A stretch of 64,000 nt of DNA, from assembly GCA_903859815.1 (NCBI GenBank), contig CAIOOA010000303.1, forward strand, positions 4,513 to 68,512, written 5' to 3'. The notes below the pieces were generated by a model. That model searched no databases. It was not told where the DNA came from and worked only from the letters and a program-made list of their open reading frames with translations. Source of the stretch: an uncultured Methylococcaceae bacterium (GTDB lineage: Bacteria > Pseudomonadota > Gammaproteobacteria > Methylococcales > Methylococcaceae). Both the position numbers and the translations under genes were made by a program. How positions within the stretch are numbered: position 1 is the first letter of the stretch; the number at the start of each line of letters is the position of its first letter. Positions 17,611 to 27,795 of the stretch are shown in pieces.

Positions 17611-20322
17611 CTATTTCAGCCATTTCCGCATGACTGTAAAGAGTGTGTCGGGGTCCACTGGCTTGGCGATGAAGTCACTCATACCCGCTTCTTCGCAGGC
17701 ACGACGGTCATCCTCGAAGGCATTCCCGGTCATTGCCAAAATGGGGGGGATTGTTAAATTCGGCAAAGCCCTAATGCGACGGGTGGCTTCAAGCCCGTCC
17801 ATATTGGGCATTTGCATATCCATAAGGATCAAATCGTAGGTTCCGCCCATGACTTTTTGGATGGCTTCAAAACCATCCGCAGCCGTATCAACCCTCATTC
17901 CCACATCGGTCAACAGTTCCACCGCCACTTCAGTGTTGATCTCGTCATCTTCAACCAAGAGGATGCTTGAGCCTTTGTGCTTCTGTCGCAGGAGGGTGCT
18001 GGCATGGGCGGATTGCGTCATGGATTCAATAGCCAAGCCACCCTCTGCCATTGCCATGCGGGCAGTGAACCAGAAAGTGCTTCCGACACCTAGCGTGCTT
18101 TCAACCCCTGCATCTCCACCCATCAGTTGAGCCAGCCGAAGGGTGATGGCAAGCCCTAGGCCAGTGCCTCCATATTTTCGGGTGGTCGAAACATCAGCCT
18201 GTTGAAATATTTTGAATAATCTATCCATTTGATCGGGGGCGATGCCAATCCCGGAATCGGTGACTTCGAAGCGCATCAGGCATTCCTCGCCGTAATTTTC
18301 CAACATCCTAGCCCTCAGCGTGACATGACCCCGCTCAGTAAATTTGATGGCATTGCTGAGATAATTGATCAGGGCTTGACTAATTCGGGTGGTGTCCCCC
18401 CTCAGCCACAGAGGAACAGCCTCGCATTCGATGTTGAGAACCAAACCCTTTTCGCGTGCAGTCTCACCGATCATGGACTCGACTTGTCCAAGGAGTGTAA
18501 AGAGTTCAAAATTGGAGAACTCCAGTTGCAAACTGCGTTCTTCAATCTTAGACAAATCGAGAATGTTGTTGATGATTGCCAGCAAATGTTTGCCCGCCGT
18601 GTCGATTTTGTACAATCGGTCAGCTTGTTTTAGGGTGATGCCATCACGTTGCAAAAGGTGGCTAAATCCAAGAATCGCGTTTAGGGGAGTGCGGATTTCG
18701 TGGCTCATGTTGGCTAGGAAGCTGCTTTTGGCCTGACTGGCCGCATCAGCCTTGAGTTTGGCTTCGGCCAATTCTGCCTCATAGTATTTCCGTTCGGTAA
18801 TATCGGTATGGGTTCCGACCGCGCGCAAAGGAACGCTACCCCTATCCCATTCAACGACCCGACCGCGACTCAGCACCCACCGGTAAGCCCCGTCCTTGCT
18901 ACGCAACCTGAACTCAATCTCAAAAAAGCCGGGGGATTTCAACTTTTGTCCTGCCAAAGCAACGGAGGCATCAATGTCATCGGGGTGCAATAATTGTAGC
19001 CAAGTGTTGACATGGCACGGAAATTCGCCCGGATCATAACCCAGCATTCCTAAATAAGCAGGGCTGTAATAGACTTCGTTAGTCTGCAATTGCCAATCCC
19101 AGATGCCATCGCTTGTCGCATCCATGGCATACCGGAGGCGTTCCCCGGTTTGCGCCAATTCCACCGTCTTGGCTGCGAGTTCGGCGGTTCGCTGTTCGAC
19201 CCGAGTTTCCAATTCGGCATTCAGTCGGCGCAAACCCTCTTGGCTTTCCTCCAAAGCAAGGCGGGCAAGCTTATTCTCGGTAATGTCATGACCCAAAAGA
19301 CTCCATCCCAGGTTTTTCCCTCGCTTATCACTAATCAGTGAGATAGTTAAATTATAGTTGCGAGCTTGGTTTTCAAGGGTAATTTCAACTTCTTTTTGAA
19401 TCGCATCCACATCGCCCAGATGACGAAACAACTCATCACAGGTTGTTGATAATCCATGGATATTTTTATTGATTACTGAAGCTTCCAAACCCCAGTCCTT
19501 AAACGCTGAGTGATTGAAATCAATGATTTTATAGTGATTGTCCAATACCACTAAAGGGTCGTCCAAGGTGTCCAGCACTACCCGCCTAGCCAAAGGCATT
19601 AAATCAAAGGCTCGCCCTTGTAAGAGTGCCGCGCTATAGAGAAGCCCGGTAAGTGCGAGTGAAGGGAAGCCAAAATTAAAACCAGGGACAGGTAACAGCT
19701 TAAGCTGAAAAAGGATATCTGTAATGATTGGAATCAAAATTCCAATCAATAGTAGAAGTGTATTACTGCGTTTCAGCTTAGGATATCTCAATGCAAGGAT
19801 TAAACCGCCACAGGTCACCAGTTCCACCAATAAAGCATAAGTATAATAGACGGTCCATAAAGGACCGCGGTCCCATAGCAAAACCGGTTGGATGCCACTC
19901 CACTCCAAGCGAAAGTTATTCCTAAATAAAGCATGTAACTCAGGATTCAATGGCAGCAAAGCGAGGATGACTGGCACTGTCAGCAAGGCGACCCAATGTT
20001 TCGTTGACAGTGCATGTATATGCCCGGTGTAGGCAAGCATGGTTGCGAACAAACTTGGATAAATGAAAAGGGTTGGGAAGTAGCGCAGTTGCGAAAAGAA
20101 AACCTTTAGAGGTAGCACTGTTGACGAAGCTTCAAGCGCATAAAGTATTTCAGTCAATGCCGTCAGAAACATAAAAATGGCACAAGGGATTGCCGCTTCA
20201 TTGCGAAGACGCCAAGCATACAGACCCAATCCACTCATGATCAGTGCAGCCAAAAAAAGCGGCCAAAGGTAGGGCGTAAAAACTAAATAAGGGTTGTTCA
20301 TTTGCTTTGAAAATCCTTGCAC
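17611..20322 (-). CDS. hybrid sensor histidine kinase/response regulator
   Basis: 903 aa. Polytopic N-terminal membrane domain, PAS regions, H-box [15 protein letters not shown]2 box GGTGLGLAI, and a receiver domain (LLVEDDEIN...[13 protein letters not shown]). Confidence 0.9.
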   Translation of the reverse strand: MQGFSKQMNNPYLVFTPYLWPLFLAALIMSGLGLYAWRLRNEAAIPCAIFMFLTALTEILYALEASSTVLPLKVFFSQLRYFPTLFIYPSLFATMLAYTGHIHALSTKHWVALLTVPVILALLPLNPELHALFRNNFRLEWSGIQPVLLWDRGPLWTVYYTYALLVELVTCGGLILALRYPKLKRSNTLLLLIGILIPIITDILFQLKLLPVPGFNFGFPSLALTGLLYSAALLQGRAFDLMPLARRVVLDTLDDPLVVLDNHYKIIDFNHSAFKDWGLEASVINKNIHGLSTTCDELFRHLGDVDAIQKEVEITLENQARNYNLTISLISDKRGKNLGWSLLGHDITENKLARLALEESQEGLRRLNAELETRVEQRTAELAAKTVELAQTGERLRYAMDATSDGIWDWQLQTNEVYYSPAYLGMLGYDPGEFPCHVNTWLQLLHPDDIDASVALAGQKLKSPGFFEIEFRLRSKDGAYRWVLSRGRVVEWDRGSVPLRAVGTHTDITERKYYEAELAEAKLKADAASQAKSSFLANMSHEIRTPLNAILGFSHLLQRDGITLKQADRLYKIDTAGKHLLAIINNILDLSKIEERSLQLEFSNFELFTLLGQVESMIGETAREKGLVLNIECEAVPLWLRGDTTRISQALINYLSNAIKFTERGHVTLRARMLENYGEECLMRFEVTDSGIGIAPDQMDRLFKIFQQADVSTTRKYGGTGLGLAITLRLAQLMGGDAGVESTLGVGSTFWFTARMAMAEGGLAIESMTQSAHASTLLRQKHKGSSILLVEDDEINTEVAVELLTDVGMRVDTAADGFEAIQKVMGGTYDLILMDMQMPNMDGLEATRRIRALPNLTIPPILAMTGNAFEDDRRACEEAGMSDFIAKPVDPDTLFTVMRKWLK

Positions 20323-20435
20323 TGATTGCGCTAGTTCCCGGGGATGATTTTGACTTTAAATCATGGATGACATTAAGGGCATTCTCTCCCAATCGATGGA
20401 AGATTTCAATTGACTTTCAACAATCAACTGACCAT

Positions 20436-20960
20436 CTAACGCACATTGGGCGGTGGCTGATTAGGCGAGGGAGGGGGCAAGGAAGGGCTTGGATTTTTTT
20501 GCATAGTCGTCGTGCCAGTTTGATCGGTGAATTTCCCCCAGACTGGTACACGGTGTCCCTTGGCATACATGCATTGAATATAGCCATAATCGTATCGTTG
20601 CTGGGTGTCGCTTCCCGCGCTTTCGGCCATTCCCGCCCCGACCATGCTTCCACCCGCCAAGCCAACACCCGCGCCAACGGCGGCACCCTGCCCCCCGCCA
20701 ATCGCCGCCCCGCTGGCTGCGCCTACGGCGGTCCCTAAGGCGGCGCTGGTCAAGCCACTTTGGGCGGCAGACATCTGAGGGGTCACCCCACCTATTTGCA
20801 TCAAAGCAATTTGACGGCAGTAGTAGTCATCGCTGCGGAATTGTTCATAAGTTTTGCCGGTTCCCGGCAGCACCAACACACTCGGCCCGGTGGGAGTCAT
20901 CGCACACCCCCCCACCAGAACAAGCCCGGTTAGGAAAAAAATCGACAGGGTTTTACACAT
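20436..20960 (-). CDS. glycine-zipper lipoprotein
   Basis: 174 aa. Lipobox-like LVGGC. A long GxxxG-type run (GTAVGAASGAAIGGGQGAAVGAGVGLAGG). Pro-rich tail. Confidence 0.65.
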   Translation of the reverse strand: MCKTLSIFFLTGLVLVGGCAMTPTGPSVLVLPGTGKTYEQFRSDDYYCRQIALMQIGGVTPQMSAAQSGLTSAALGTAVGAASGAAIGGGQGAAVGAGVGLAGGSMVGAGMAESAGSDTQQRYDYGYIQCMYAKGHRVPVWGKFTDQTGTTTMQKNPSPSLPPPSPNQPPPNVR

Positions 20961-20975
20961 AAAATGAGGTCTCGT

Positions 20976-21593
20976 TTAATTTTCAGATTCCGACTTTGGT
21001 TTTATCGGTTGCCACGCTGACGAACATTCCCTGACATAAGGATAGTAGCCTTTGGGATTGTCGCAATAATACCAGTAATTGGGTTCCAAGCCCGGAGGTT
21101 GTGGTGCAACCGTTTGCCAGCCCTCTGCACACTCTTTGACATGGGGATAATAACCCGCCGGATTTTCACAATATCTCCATTCTGAGTTAGGGGCAGGCTC
21201 TTGGGTTCCGCCTTGCTCGATATACACGGGCGGCGAGGTGGGTACGACAACAGTTGGGGGCGAATAATAATAGGGATAATAATAGTAAGACGGCCCATAG
21301 TACCAGGGTTGACCATAATAGATGCCAAACCCTCCTCCGTAGCCTCCATACCCGCCGCCGTACCAGCCGCGTCCACCACCGTACCGGCCGCCAGCATAAC
21401 GACCACCGCCATAATAACCTCCCACATGGTGGCCGCCCCCATAGTAGCCACCGCCATGACCACCTCCCCAACCGTGGCCTCCACCAAATCCGCCTCCGAC
21501 GCGACCTCCACCTCCATGGGCGAAAGCCGAACCGATTAGGGCCAAGCTGGCTAGGATCATTACCAGTAAGCAATGGATAGTGTGTTGTTTCAT
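20976..21593 (-). CDS. secreted Gly/Tyr/His-rich low-complexity protein with two C-terminal YC-NP-GYYP-V-EC-W motifs
   Basis: 205 aa. Signal peptide ...LIGSAFA|HGGGG, about 100 aa of G/Y/H/R repeats, then WRYCENPAGYYPHVKECAEGW and WYYCDNPKGYYPYVRECSSAW. Confidence 0.6.
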   Translation of the reverse strand: MKQHTIHCLLVMILASLALIGSAFAHGGGGRVGGGFGGGHGWGGGHGGGYYGGGHHVGGYYGGGRYAGGRYGGGRGWYGGGYGGYGGGFGIYYGQPWYYGPSYYYYPYYYSPPTVVVPTSPPVYIEQGGTQEPAPNSEWRYCENPAGYYPHVKECAEGWQTVAPQPPGLEPNYWYYCDNPKGYYPYVRECSSAWQPIKPKSESEN

Positions 21594-21867
21594 GATGTTC
21601 TTTGCAATGCCGTGTCGGTTAATAGTCGGTGTGAAGGAAAGGGCAGCCTTTCAAGTACATGTTCAAGCTTGGCAAGCCTTGCATTCCCAAGCTAATTTCA
21701 TCAAATATAGGACTGCGATGCCTTGCCCCTGCCCTGCTCTTCTGGGCAAACCGTCACCGGCCTTGTGAATGCATTTTTTACAGAGGGCTGGTGTCATCAT
21801 ATAATCTAATCTCTTTTTGCCGAATTTTCAGAGCATGTACCCAATTACAGTAACACCATTCAGCCGC

Positions 21868-23808
21868 ATGGCCCACAGAAGATCGAAGATCAACATTGGC
21901 CTAGCTTGGCGGGCCTTTGTTTCCCTGTTCGTCCTATTTTGCCTGACCGCCTGTGTCCCGGCTGTCCGCGTGGCGAGGGTGGACGGTCAGGATGCCTATA
22001 AAATCATGACTGTCAATGCGTTGTCCAGCGAACAAGCCAGCGATTGGAGCCGCAACACGGTCAACGAATGGGGTTTGCTCAAACGTTTCGACGAACAGCC
22101 TGAAGCAGCATTGGCCGAACTGCGTGAAATCGTCACCAGTGGACGTGGTGGCCGGCGTGAATTATTCGCACTTGCCGAATTCTCCTTCCTTCACGCCAAA
22201 AAGACTGGCAAGAAACCCTACCATCTGGCGGCGGCCATCTACGCCTATGCCTATCTGTTCCCGACTAAATCCGAAGACTCAGCCGGCAAACTCGACCCGC
22301 GCAGACGCATATCCGCTGACCTCTATAATCGGGCCATCACCACGGCATTCAAGTCCAAAGAAGGCGGTTCAGTCGTGCTTGCTGCGGGTAAGTACCCTTT
22401 GCCGTTTGGAGAGATTGAACTGACCTTCGACCCGGAACAACTGAATTGGGGGGACCGTTATCTTGCTGATCTGACCCCAGTGACCGAGATCGAAGTCATC
22501 GGTATGCGAAACCGGCATCGGATTCCGGGTTTAGGGGCGGCGATGACGGCGCTTGCACTTCCCCGTGAGGGTGTGGATGTGCATAAGAGCTTGATTGCGC
22601 CTTCGGCCCAAGTGGCTGCCACCGTCATTCTTAGGGTTGAAAATGTGCGCGAAGGGATAGCCAGTGGTCAAATGAAGGGATCGCTTGATCTCTACAAAGC
22701 GAGCGAGACTGAAACCATCACGATGGAAGGCCGTGAGATGCCGTTGGAAATCGATGAAACCGGACCCATCGCCGTTCAACTTGCGGGTTCCCCCATTTGG
22801 AAGCAAGAGTTCTATGGGTTTTTCGGTAGGTCGGCAATGAATATGAAATTGCCGGCGCTGATGTCGCTAGAACCCTACCGCCCCGGTAGGATTCCGGTCG
22901 TTTTCGTCCATGGCACGGAATCCAGCCCGGCGCGTTGGGCAGACATGGCTAACGATTTGCTCGCAGACCCGTGGATACGCCAACACTTTCAATTCTGGTA
23001 TTTCTTCTATGACACCGGCAATCCCATCGCATTTTCCGCGATGCTATTACGCGACAAGATCACGGAAGCGATGCGACGCATGGACCCACAAGCCAAAGAT
23101 CGGTGTTTGAACGAAATCGTGGTGATTGGGCATAGTCAAGGCGGGATGCTGACCAAGTTGACGGCTGTTGACACGGGCGACCGCCTTTGGAATACCGTTT
23201 TCAGCATTGCTCCTGACAAGCTACCCAAAACTGTCCACTCCCGCGAATTGTTGGAAAAGGCCCTCATCATCAAACCAGTGCCGTCTGTGAAGAGGTTAGT
23301 CTTCATCGCGACCCCCCACCAAGGAAGCTTCATCGCCAGAAACTGGGTCAACAACTTACTCAGGAAGCTTATCCAACTCCCCGCCACCGTTGCCACATTG
23401 CCCTTGCAAGCACTGAAGGCGGCGGGGGCTTTTAACAGTGAAACCGAATTTAGTAAAGGGGATCTTCCAACATCAGTGGACAATATGACCCCAGGCAATC
23501 CTTTCTTGGAGGGGTATAAAGAGATTCCGGTCGTGGAGGGAGTCCCCTATCACTCAATCATTGCCGTCAAACCGGAATTCCCGATCATTGTGGAAGGTGA
23601 CGACGGGGTAGTGAAATACACTAGCGCCCACCTAGACGGGGCTGTCTCTGAGCTAGTGGTGCGGTCATCCCATTCGACTCAAGCTGAACCGCAGACGATT
23701 CAAGAGGTCAGACGGATTCTGCATGTGCATGGAAATGAATTGGAACAAAGGGGACTTGAATGCAGCCCAAGCCAAACCAAACTGACCAACGCCGAACGCA
23801 ACCCCTAG
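21868..23808 (+). CDS. lipoprotein with C-terminal alpha/beta hydrolase (esterase/lipase-like) domain
   Basis: Lipobox LTAC after the Met at 21868. VFVHGTESS and nucleophile elbow VIGHSQGG. Confidence 0.65.
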   Translation: MAHRRSKINIGLAWRAFVSLFVLFCLTACVPAVRVARVDGQDAYKIMTVNALSSEQASDWSRNTVNEWGLLKRFDEQPEAALAELREIVTSGRGGRRELFALAEFSFLHAKKTGKKPYHLAAAIYAYAYLFPTKSEDSAGKLDPRRRISADLYNRAITTAFKSKEGGSVVLAAGKYPLPFGEIELTFDPEQLNWGDRYLADLTPVTEIEVIGMRNRHRIPGLGAAMTALALPREGVDVHKSLIAPSAQVAATVILRVENVREGIASGQMKGSLDLYKASETETITMEGREMPLEIDETGPIAVQLAGSPIWKQEFYGFFGRSAMNMKLPALMSLEPYRPGRIPVVFVHGTESSPARWADMANDLLADPWIRQHFQFWYFFYDTGNPIAFSAMLLRDKITEAMRRMDPQAKDRCLNEIVVIGHSQGGMLTKLTAVDTGDRLWNTVFSIAPDKLPKTVHSRELLEKALIIKPVPSVKRLVFIATPHQGSFIARNWVNNLLRKLIQLPATVATLPLQALKAAGAFNSETEFSKGDLPTSVDNMTPGNPFLEGYKEIPVVEGVPYHSIIAVKPEFPIIVEGDDGVVKYTSAHLDGAVSELVVRSSHSTQAEPQTIQEVRRILHVHGNELEQRGLECSPSQTKLTNAERNP

Positions 23809-23994
23809 GGCTAGTATAGGTCGAAGGCTTTTATTGTGTACTTAGATTTGAATATTGGAAACCCAAGGCTTGCTTAACAGTAAACAACTAGTTTTTGGCG
23901 GAATCAAAAAACGGATTCCGCCGTATGATGGAATGAATAGCCGTTCTAATTCGGCGGTTCAAATCCCTGTATCAGCTTTACAAACTAGCAACTT

Positions 23995-24471
23995 TCAATC
24001 ATCCAGCTCAATTTTCGTTATCTTCCCACTGACATCAATATCCAATTCCACTTCCTTGCCCTTTTCCTTTAATTCGATTTCATAGCCTGCCGGATTTCCA
24101 TCAGCCATTATCTTCTTTTTCACTTCCTTGATTTTCGCTTTCGGATAGGAGGTTTTGATGGATTCCATAATGTTTGCCGGAAGTTCGGAAACATTGATTT
24201 CCTCGCTAGTTTCAAGCAAGGTTCCATCGGCTGCATAATAATATTCATGCTCTAGCCCGTTTTCCTTATATTCAAGTTCATAAAAGGATTGTCCATCATG
24301 ATTTTTTACTTCATATTCAGTCACTTTTGCTTTAGGTTTCGCAATGGCAAAAGCATCCAATACCGCTTTAGGCACTTGGCTCTTGCTCACTTCCTTGTCT
24401 TCAGCTTGTACGTTGGCGGCGAGCAACCCGTCTATGACGATTAAAGCAATAATAGTTTTATAGAGTTTCAT
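23995..24471 (-). CDS. periplasmic PepSY-like (beta-lactamase-inhibitor-like) repeat protein
   Basis: 158 aa. Signal peptide. Two repeats of the ...YE(L/I)E..K..G.E.E(Y/L)... type. Confidence 0.55.
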   Translation of the reverse strand: MKLYKTIIALIVIDGLLAANVQAEDKEVSKSQVPKAVLDAFAIAKPKAKVTEYEVKNHDGQSFYELEYKENGLEHEYYYAADGTLLETSEEINVSELPANIMESIKTSYPKAKIKEVKKKIMADGNPAGYEIELKEKGKEVELDIDVSGKITKIELDD

Positions 24472-24521
24472 TTTTTTCTCCTAGTGGTTTATATTGAAAA
24501 GAACAAAATATTTGGTATCTA

Positions 24522-25205
24522 TTATACTATGTGTGTCAATCCCCTAAGTTTATCCATCCACTCTCGAAAATGCCTACATTCTAGTTCTATTGTAGAGAGG
24601 GTAATGCGCTCGGCAGCGAGTGGTCCATGTCGTGTTTTGTGATAAGTTGGTTTGAGCAAATCTTCTAAGCGTTTTGAGGGCTTCGTAGCATAACCTTGGT
24701 TTATGTGTTCAGGCGTTTCAAATTCTTTGCGCACTTGTTTCAGCTTAATTAAATAATTAATCCATGAAGGCTCAACGCTTGTTAGCGCTTCAATATCGGA
24801 AAAAAGTAGACCTTCAAATTCATAAGGTTGAATATACGGTATGAAACGATCCGGCGGCTGGAATCCAACTTGCTCCATTAAAGTATCATACAAAGCATTT
24901 TCGAGTATATTTACTTTATCGTACAAATCAGCTTTCTTATTGGCTTCGTCAAATCTTGGAAAGTCTGTATCTAATGCGTATAAATCAATGAATGTAGTCA
25001 AGAACAAATTTGATTTACTTCTCAAAGTATTCCGTGCATTAAATCTAAGTCGGTCAAAGGTTATGGCCCCTCCTTTACTGTCTTTGGATGTTCTTAATAA
25101 TTGAGGTTTTACGAAAACCTGTAAGCGTCGCAAAGATGGCGCAATAAGTCTTTTAATGAACTGCTCTTCTGTTTGCCCCTCAGCAATAACAATTACTTCC
25201 CTCAT
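24522..25205 (-). CDS. DUF4276-like small protein (TOPRIM-like N-terminal motif), partner of the upstream ATPase
   Basis: 227 aa. N-terminus MREVIVIAEGQTEEQFIKRL (strand-EG-x-TE), later TTFIDLYALDTDFP. Starts 4 nt after the ATPase stop. AT-rich. Confidence 0.6.
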   Translation of the reverse strand: MREVIVIAEGQTEEQFIKRLIAPSLRRLQVFVKPQLLRTSKDSKGGAITFDRLRFNARNTLRSKSNLFLTTFIDLYALDTDFPRFDEANKKADLYDKVNILENALYDTLMEQVGFQPPDRFIPYIQPYEFEGLLFSDIEALTSVEPSWINYLIKLKQVRKEFETPEHINQGYATKPSKRLEDLLKPTYHKTRHGPLAAERITLSTIELECRHFREWMDKLRGLTHIV

Positions 25206-25209
25206 TTAT

Positions 25210-26298
25210 CTAGGGTCTCCCGCCTAGGATATTACGCTTCCAAAGCTCACCCAGAGAATACTCTGCTAACCAACAAGATAGTTCATTTTCGCTGAAACGA
25301 CGAAAGACAGATGCATCATCTTCATAATCTACTACAACCACGTCTTTAGGAGATAATTCGTTGACGAGTTCGACTGATTGGGTGGATAGGATTAATTGCC
25401 GTTGATCTGATATCTGCTTCAGAATTTCAGCTAGAACAGTCACAGCATATGGATGTAAACCTAGTTCTGGTTCATCTATAATCACTGTATCAGGCAAAAG
25501 CTCGATTGGTTGTAACAACAGAGTTGCAAGACAGATAAAGCGTAGAGTTCCATCTGATAACATATGGGCTTTGAATGGTGTGTCGGGTTTTCCTCGTTGC
25601 TTCCATTCTAATTCAATATATTCTTGTTCAAGTGGGCGATGGATAAAATCATCAAAGAAAGGTGCTACTAAGCGAATAGTTTCTACAATTCGCATATATT
25701 GAGATGGGTGTTTCTCGTATAACATTCTTAAATATGCGGCAAGATTAGCAGCATCTGATTTTAGATATAAATTATCATTTCCTGCTTGTAAACGTTTAAC
25801 CTTTGCTGACTCGCTTGTATTTCCAAAATGATAATTATGCCAGTCTCTAATGGTCTCACGGACAGGTGTATATTCATCAGGATATTTTTGAGAGCTAAGT
25901 ATCATAGAGTTATCTTTGGCGATACTAATTGAAGCAATACCAGAATCTGGGAAGCTGTAGGAACCAAACCATATACTTTCGTTTTCAACTATTAATCTAT
26001 TATCAACAGTTGGCGATAGTCTGCAACTATAACCGCCAGAGTCAAAACAAACCATAAATTGCAACACATCAGTGGTTTCTCGTCCAAAATGTAATAAAGC
26101 ATCCGGGCCTCCTTGTTTTTGAACATATAATTGCAATTGCTGCTCATATATCTGATTAAGAAATCGAAAAAGGCCAATTAAATTGCTTTTACCCGCGCCA
26201 TTGGCTCCAATCAGCACGTTCAAATTATTAAGTTTGAAATCGCGCAGTTCTCGAATCGATTTGTAGCCAACAATACTCAGGGAACTAACAGCAGACAT
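25210..26298 (-). CDS. ABC/SMC-like (AAA_21-type) ATPase
   Basis: 362 aa. Walker A GANGAGKSN, signature-like MLSDGTLRF, Walker B TVIIDEPELGLHP, C-terminal LGELWKRNILGGRP. Confidence 0.8.
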   Translation of the reverse strand: MSAVSSLSIVGYKSIRELRDFKLNNLNVLIGANGAGKSNLIGLFRFLNQIYEQQLQLYVQKQGGPDALLHFGRETTDVLQFMVCFDSGGYSCRLSPTVDNRLIVENESIWFGSYSFPDSGIASISIAKDNSMILSSQKYPDEYTPVRETIRDWHNYHFGNTSESAKVKRLQAGNDNLYLKSDAANLAAYLRMLYEKHPSQYMRIVETIRLVAPFFDDFIHRPLEQEYIELEWKQRGKPDTPFKAHMLSDGTLRFICLATLLLQPIELLPDTVIIDEPELGLHPYAVTVLAEILKQISDQRQLILSTQSVELVNELSPKDVVVVDYEDDASVFRRFSENELSCWLAEYSLGELWKRNILGGRP

Positions 26299-26330
26299 AA
26301 CTTATAAGAAAAAATCGTTCATTGAAATAA

Positions 26331-27764
26331 TTATGCTTTTACATTCCAACTAATAAACCCCTTCAAATCCTCCACATCCGCATCCATGACTTCATAATGC
26401 TGGGGTAGTTTTTCCATCCCTTCCATGCTGACGGGGCGCTCTGGCTCACGTCCCAAGGCTTCTCGTATCGTTTCCTCAAATTTTGCGGGTAACGCGGTTT
26501 CCAAACAAATGAGCGGTAAACCGCTTCGACGCTGTTCAATACCCACTTTCAGTCCATCGGCAGTATGGGTATCGATCATCATGCCATATTCTTCCCAAGT
26601 CTTCCGAATCGTGGCAAGGCGATCAGCATGGGTGCTTTTGCCTGAGACAAAGCCAAAGCCGGGAAGCGCATCCCAATAAGGAGTACCCTTGATGTCAAAC
26701 GCCCCACCCGCGTCGACTTGCCCCCAAAACTCTCTCAATTGAGCCGGGGCGTGCCCGACTAGATCAAAGATGAAACGCTCAAAGTTAGAAGCCTTGGAAA
26801 TGTCCATGGACGGGCTACTGGTATGGAAAGTCTGGGTCGTGCCGCGTGGTCGGTAGACACCGGTGCGAAAGAACTCATCAAGCACATCGTTTTCATTGGT
26901 GGCTAGGATCAACTGGGCAATAGGCAACCCCATCATCCGGGCGATGTGACCGGCACAGATGTTGCCAAAATTGCCGGAGGGGACCGAAAATGCCACTTGC
27001 TCATCGTTGGATTGTGTCGCGGCGAAATAGCCCTTGAAATAATACACCACTTGAGCGGAAATCCGGCCCCAATTGATCGAATTGACCGTGCCAATTTTAT
27101 ACTTCGCCTTGAAAGCCAAGTCATTGGAGACCGCTTTGACCAAATCCTGGGCATCGTCGAACACACCGCGGACAGCGATGTTAAAAATGTTAGGGTCTTG
27201 CAAGGAGTACATCTGTGCGGTTTGAAAAGCCGACATTTTGCCATGCGGGGAGAGCATGAAAACCCGAATGCCACGCTTGCCGCGCATCGCATATTCCGCC
27301 GCCGACCCGGTGTCGCCCGAAGTCGCTCCTAGAATATTCAATTCCTCGTGTTGTTTGCCTAAAGCATATTCAAACAAATTACCCAACAACTGCATTGCCA
27401 TGTCCTTAAATGCCAGAGTCGGCCCATTGGACAGTTCCAAAATGTGCAAACCCGGTTCCAACGTGCGCAGCGGGGCTATTTGGCTAGTATCCGAATCGGA
27501 GCGGGCGTTGCCGTATACTTCAGGAGTATAGGTTTTTTGGGTAATGGCCTTTAGGTCTGCGGAGGGAATGTCTGGGGCAAATTTGGACATCACTGCAAAG
27601 GCCAAATCCGCATAAGACAAGGTACGCCATTGATCCAATTCTTTGCGGGTTACTTGCGGATATTCCTCAGGCAAATACAGTCCACCATCGGGCGCGAGTC
27701 CGCCCAGCAGAATTTCAGTGAAGGTTTTGGAGGGGGAGTTACCACGGGTGGAGAGGTATTTCAT
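26331..27764 (-). CDS. thrC: threonine synthase (long form)
   Basis: 477 aa. MKYLSTRG N-terminus and PLP-lysine region GPTLAFKDMAMQ. Appears full length. Confidence 0.93.
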   Translation of the reverse strand: MKYLSTRGNSPSKTFTEILLGGLAPDGGLYLPEEYPQVTRKELDQWRTLSYADLAFAVMSKFAPDIPSADLKAITQKTYTPEVYGNARSDSDTSQIAPLRTLEPGLHILELSNGPTLAFKDMAMQLLGNLFEYALGKQHEELNILGATSGDTGSAAEYAMRGKRGIRVFMLSPHGKMSAFQTAQMYSLQDPNIFNIAVRGVFDDAQDLVKAVSNDLAFKAKYKIGTVNSINWGRISAQVVYYFKGYFAATQSNDEQVAFSVPSGNFGNICAGHIARMMGLPIAQLILATNENDVLDEFFRTGVYRPRGTTQTFHTSSPSMDISKASNFERFIFDLVGHAPAQLREFWGQVDAGGAFDIKGTPYWDALPGFGFVSGKSTHADRLATIRKTWEEYGMMIDTHTADGLKVGIEQRRSGLPLICLETALPAKFEETIREALGREPERPVSMEGMEKLPQHYEVMDADVEDLKGFISWNVKA

Positions 27765-27795
27765 TTGGGATGCCTGTTTTTGTATATGGGCAGGA

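Noticed and set aside
20307-20738. 143-aa plus-strand ORF and 94-aa minus-strand ORF overlapping the glycine-zipper gene.
   Set aside because: The 20436-20960 minus-strand frame has a lipobox and a coherent glycine-zipper domain. The alternatives are Arg/Pro-rich with no motifs.
21002-21580. Four overlapping alternative-frame ORFs (both strands) within the Gly/Tyr-rich gene.
   Set aside because: They are low-complexity frame artefacts of the GGN/TAY repeats. Only the 20976-21593 minus frame has a signal peptide and the structured Cys-motif C-terminus.
23897-23922. Hairpin GGCGGAATC-AAAAAACG-GATTCCGCC between convergent genes, as a possible bidirectional intrinsic terminator.
   Set aside because: The stem is good, but no U-tract follows it on either transcribed strand. 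The T-run precedes the stem on the plus strand. I left it uncalled.
23941-23975. tRNA-like T-loop sequence (GGCGGTTCAAATCCCTG) as a possible tRNA or att remnant next to the first ATPase module.
   Set aside because: The flanking bases cannot form a T-stem (GGCGG versus CCCTG) or an acceptor stem. I could not fold a cloverleaf.
24521-24539. TTGACA and TATAAT hexamers (minus strand) upstream of the PepSY-like gene, as a possible promoter.
   Set aside because: The two hexamers are only 7 nt apart, which is incompatible with sigma-70 spacing of 16-18 nt.
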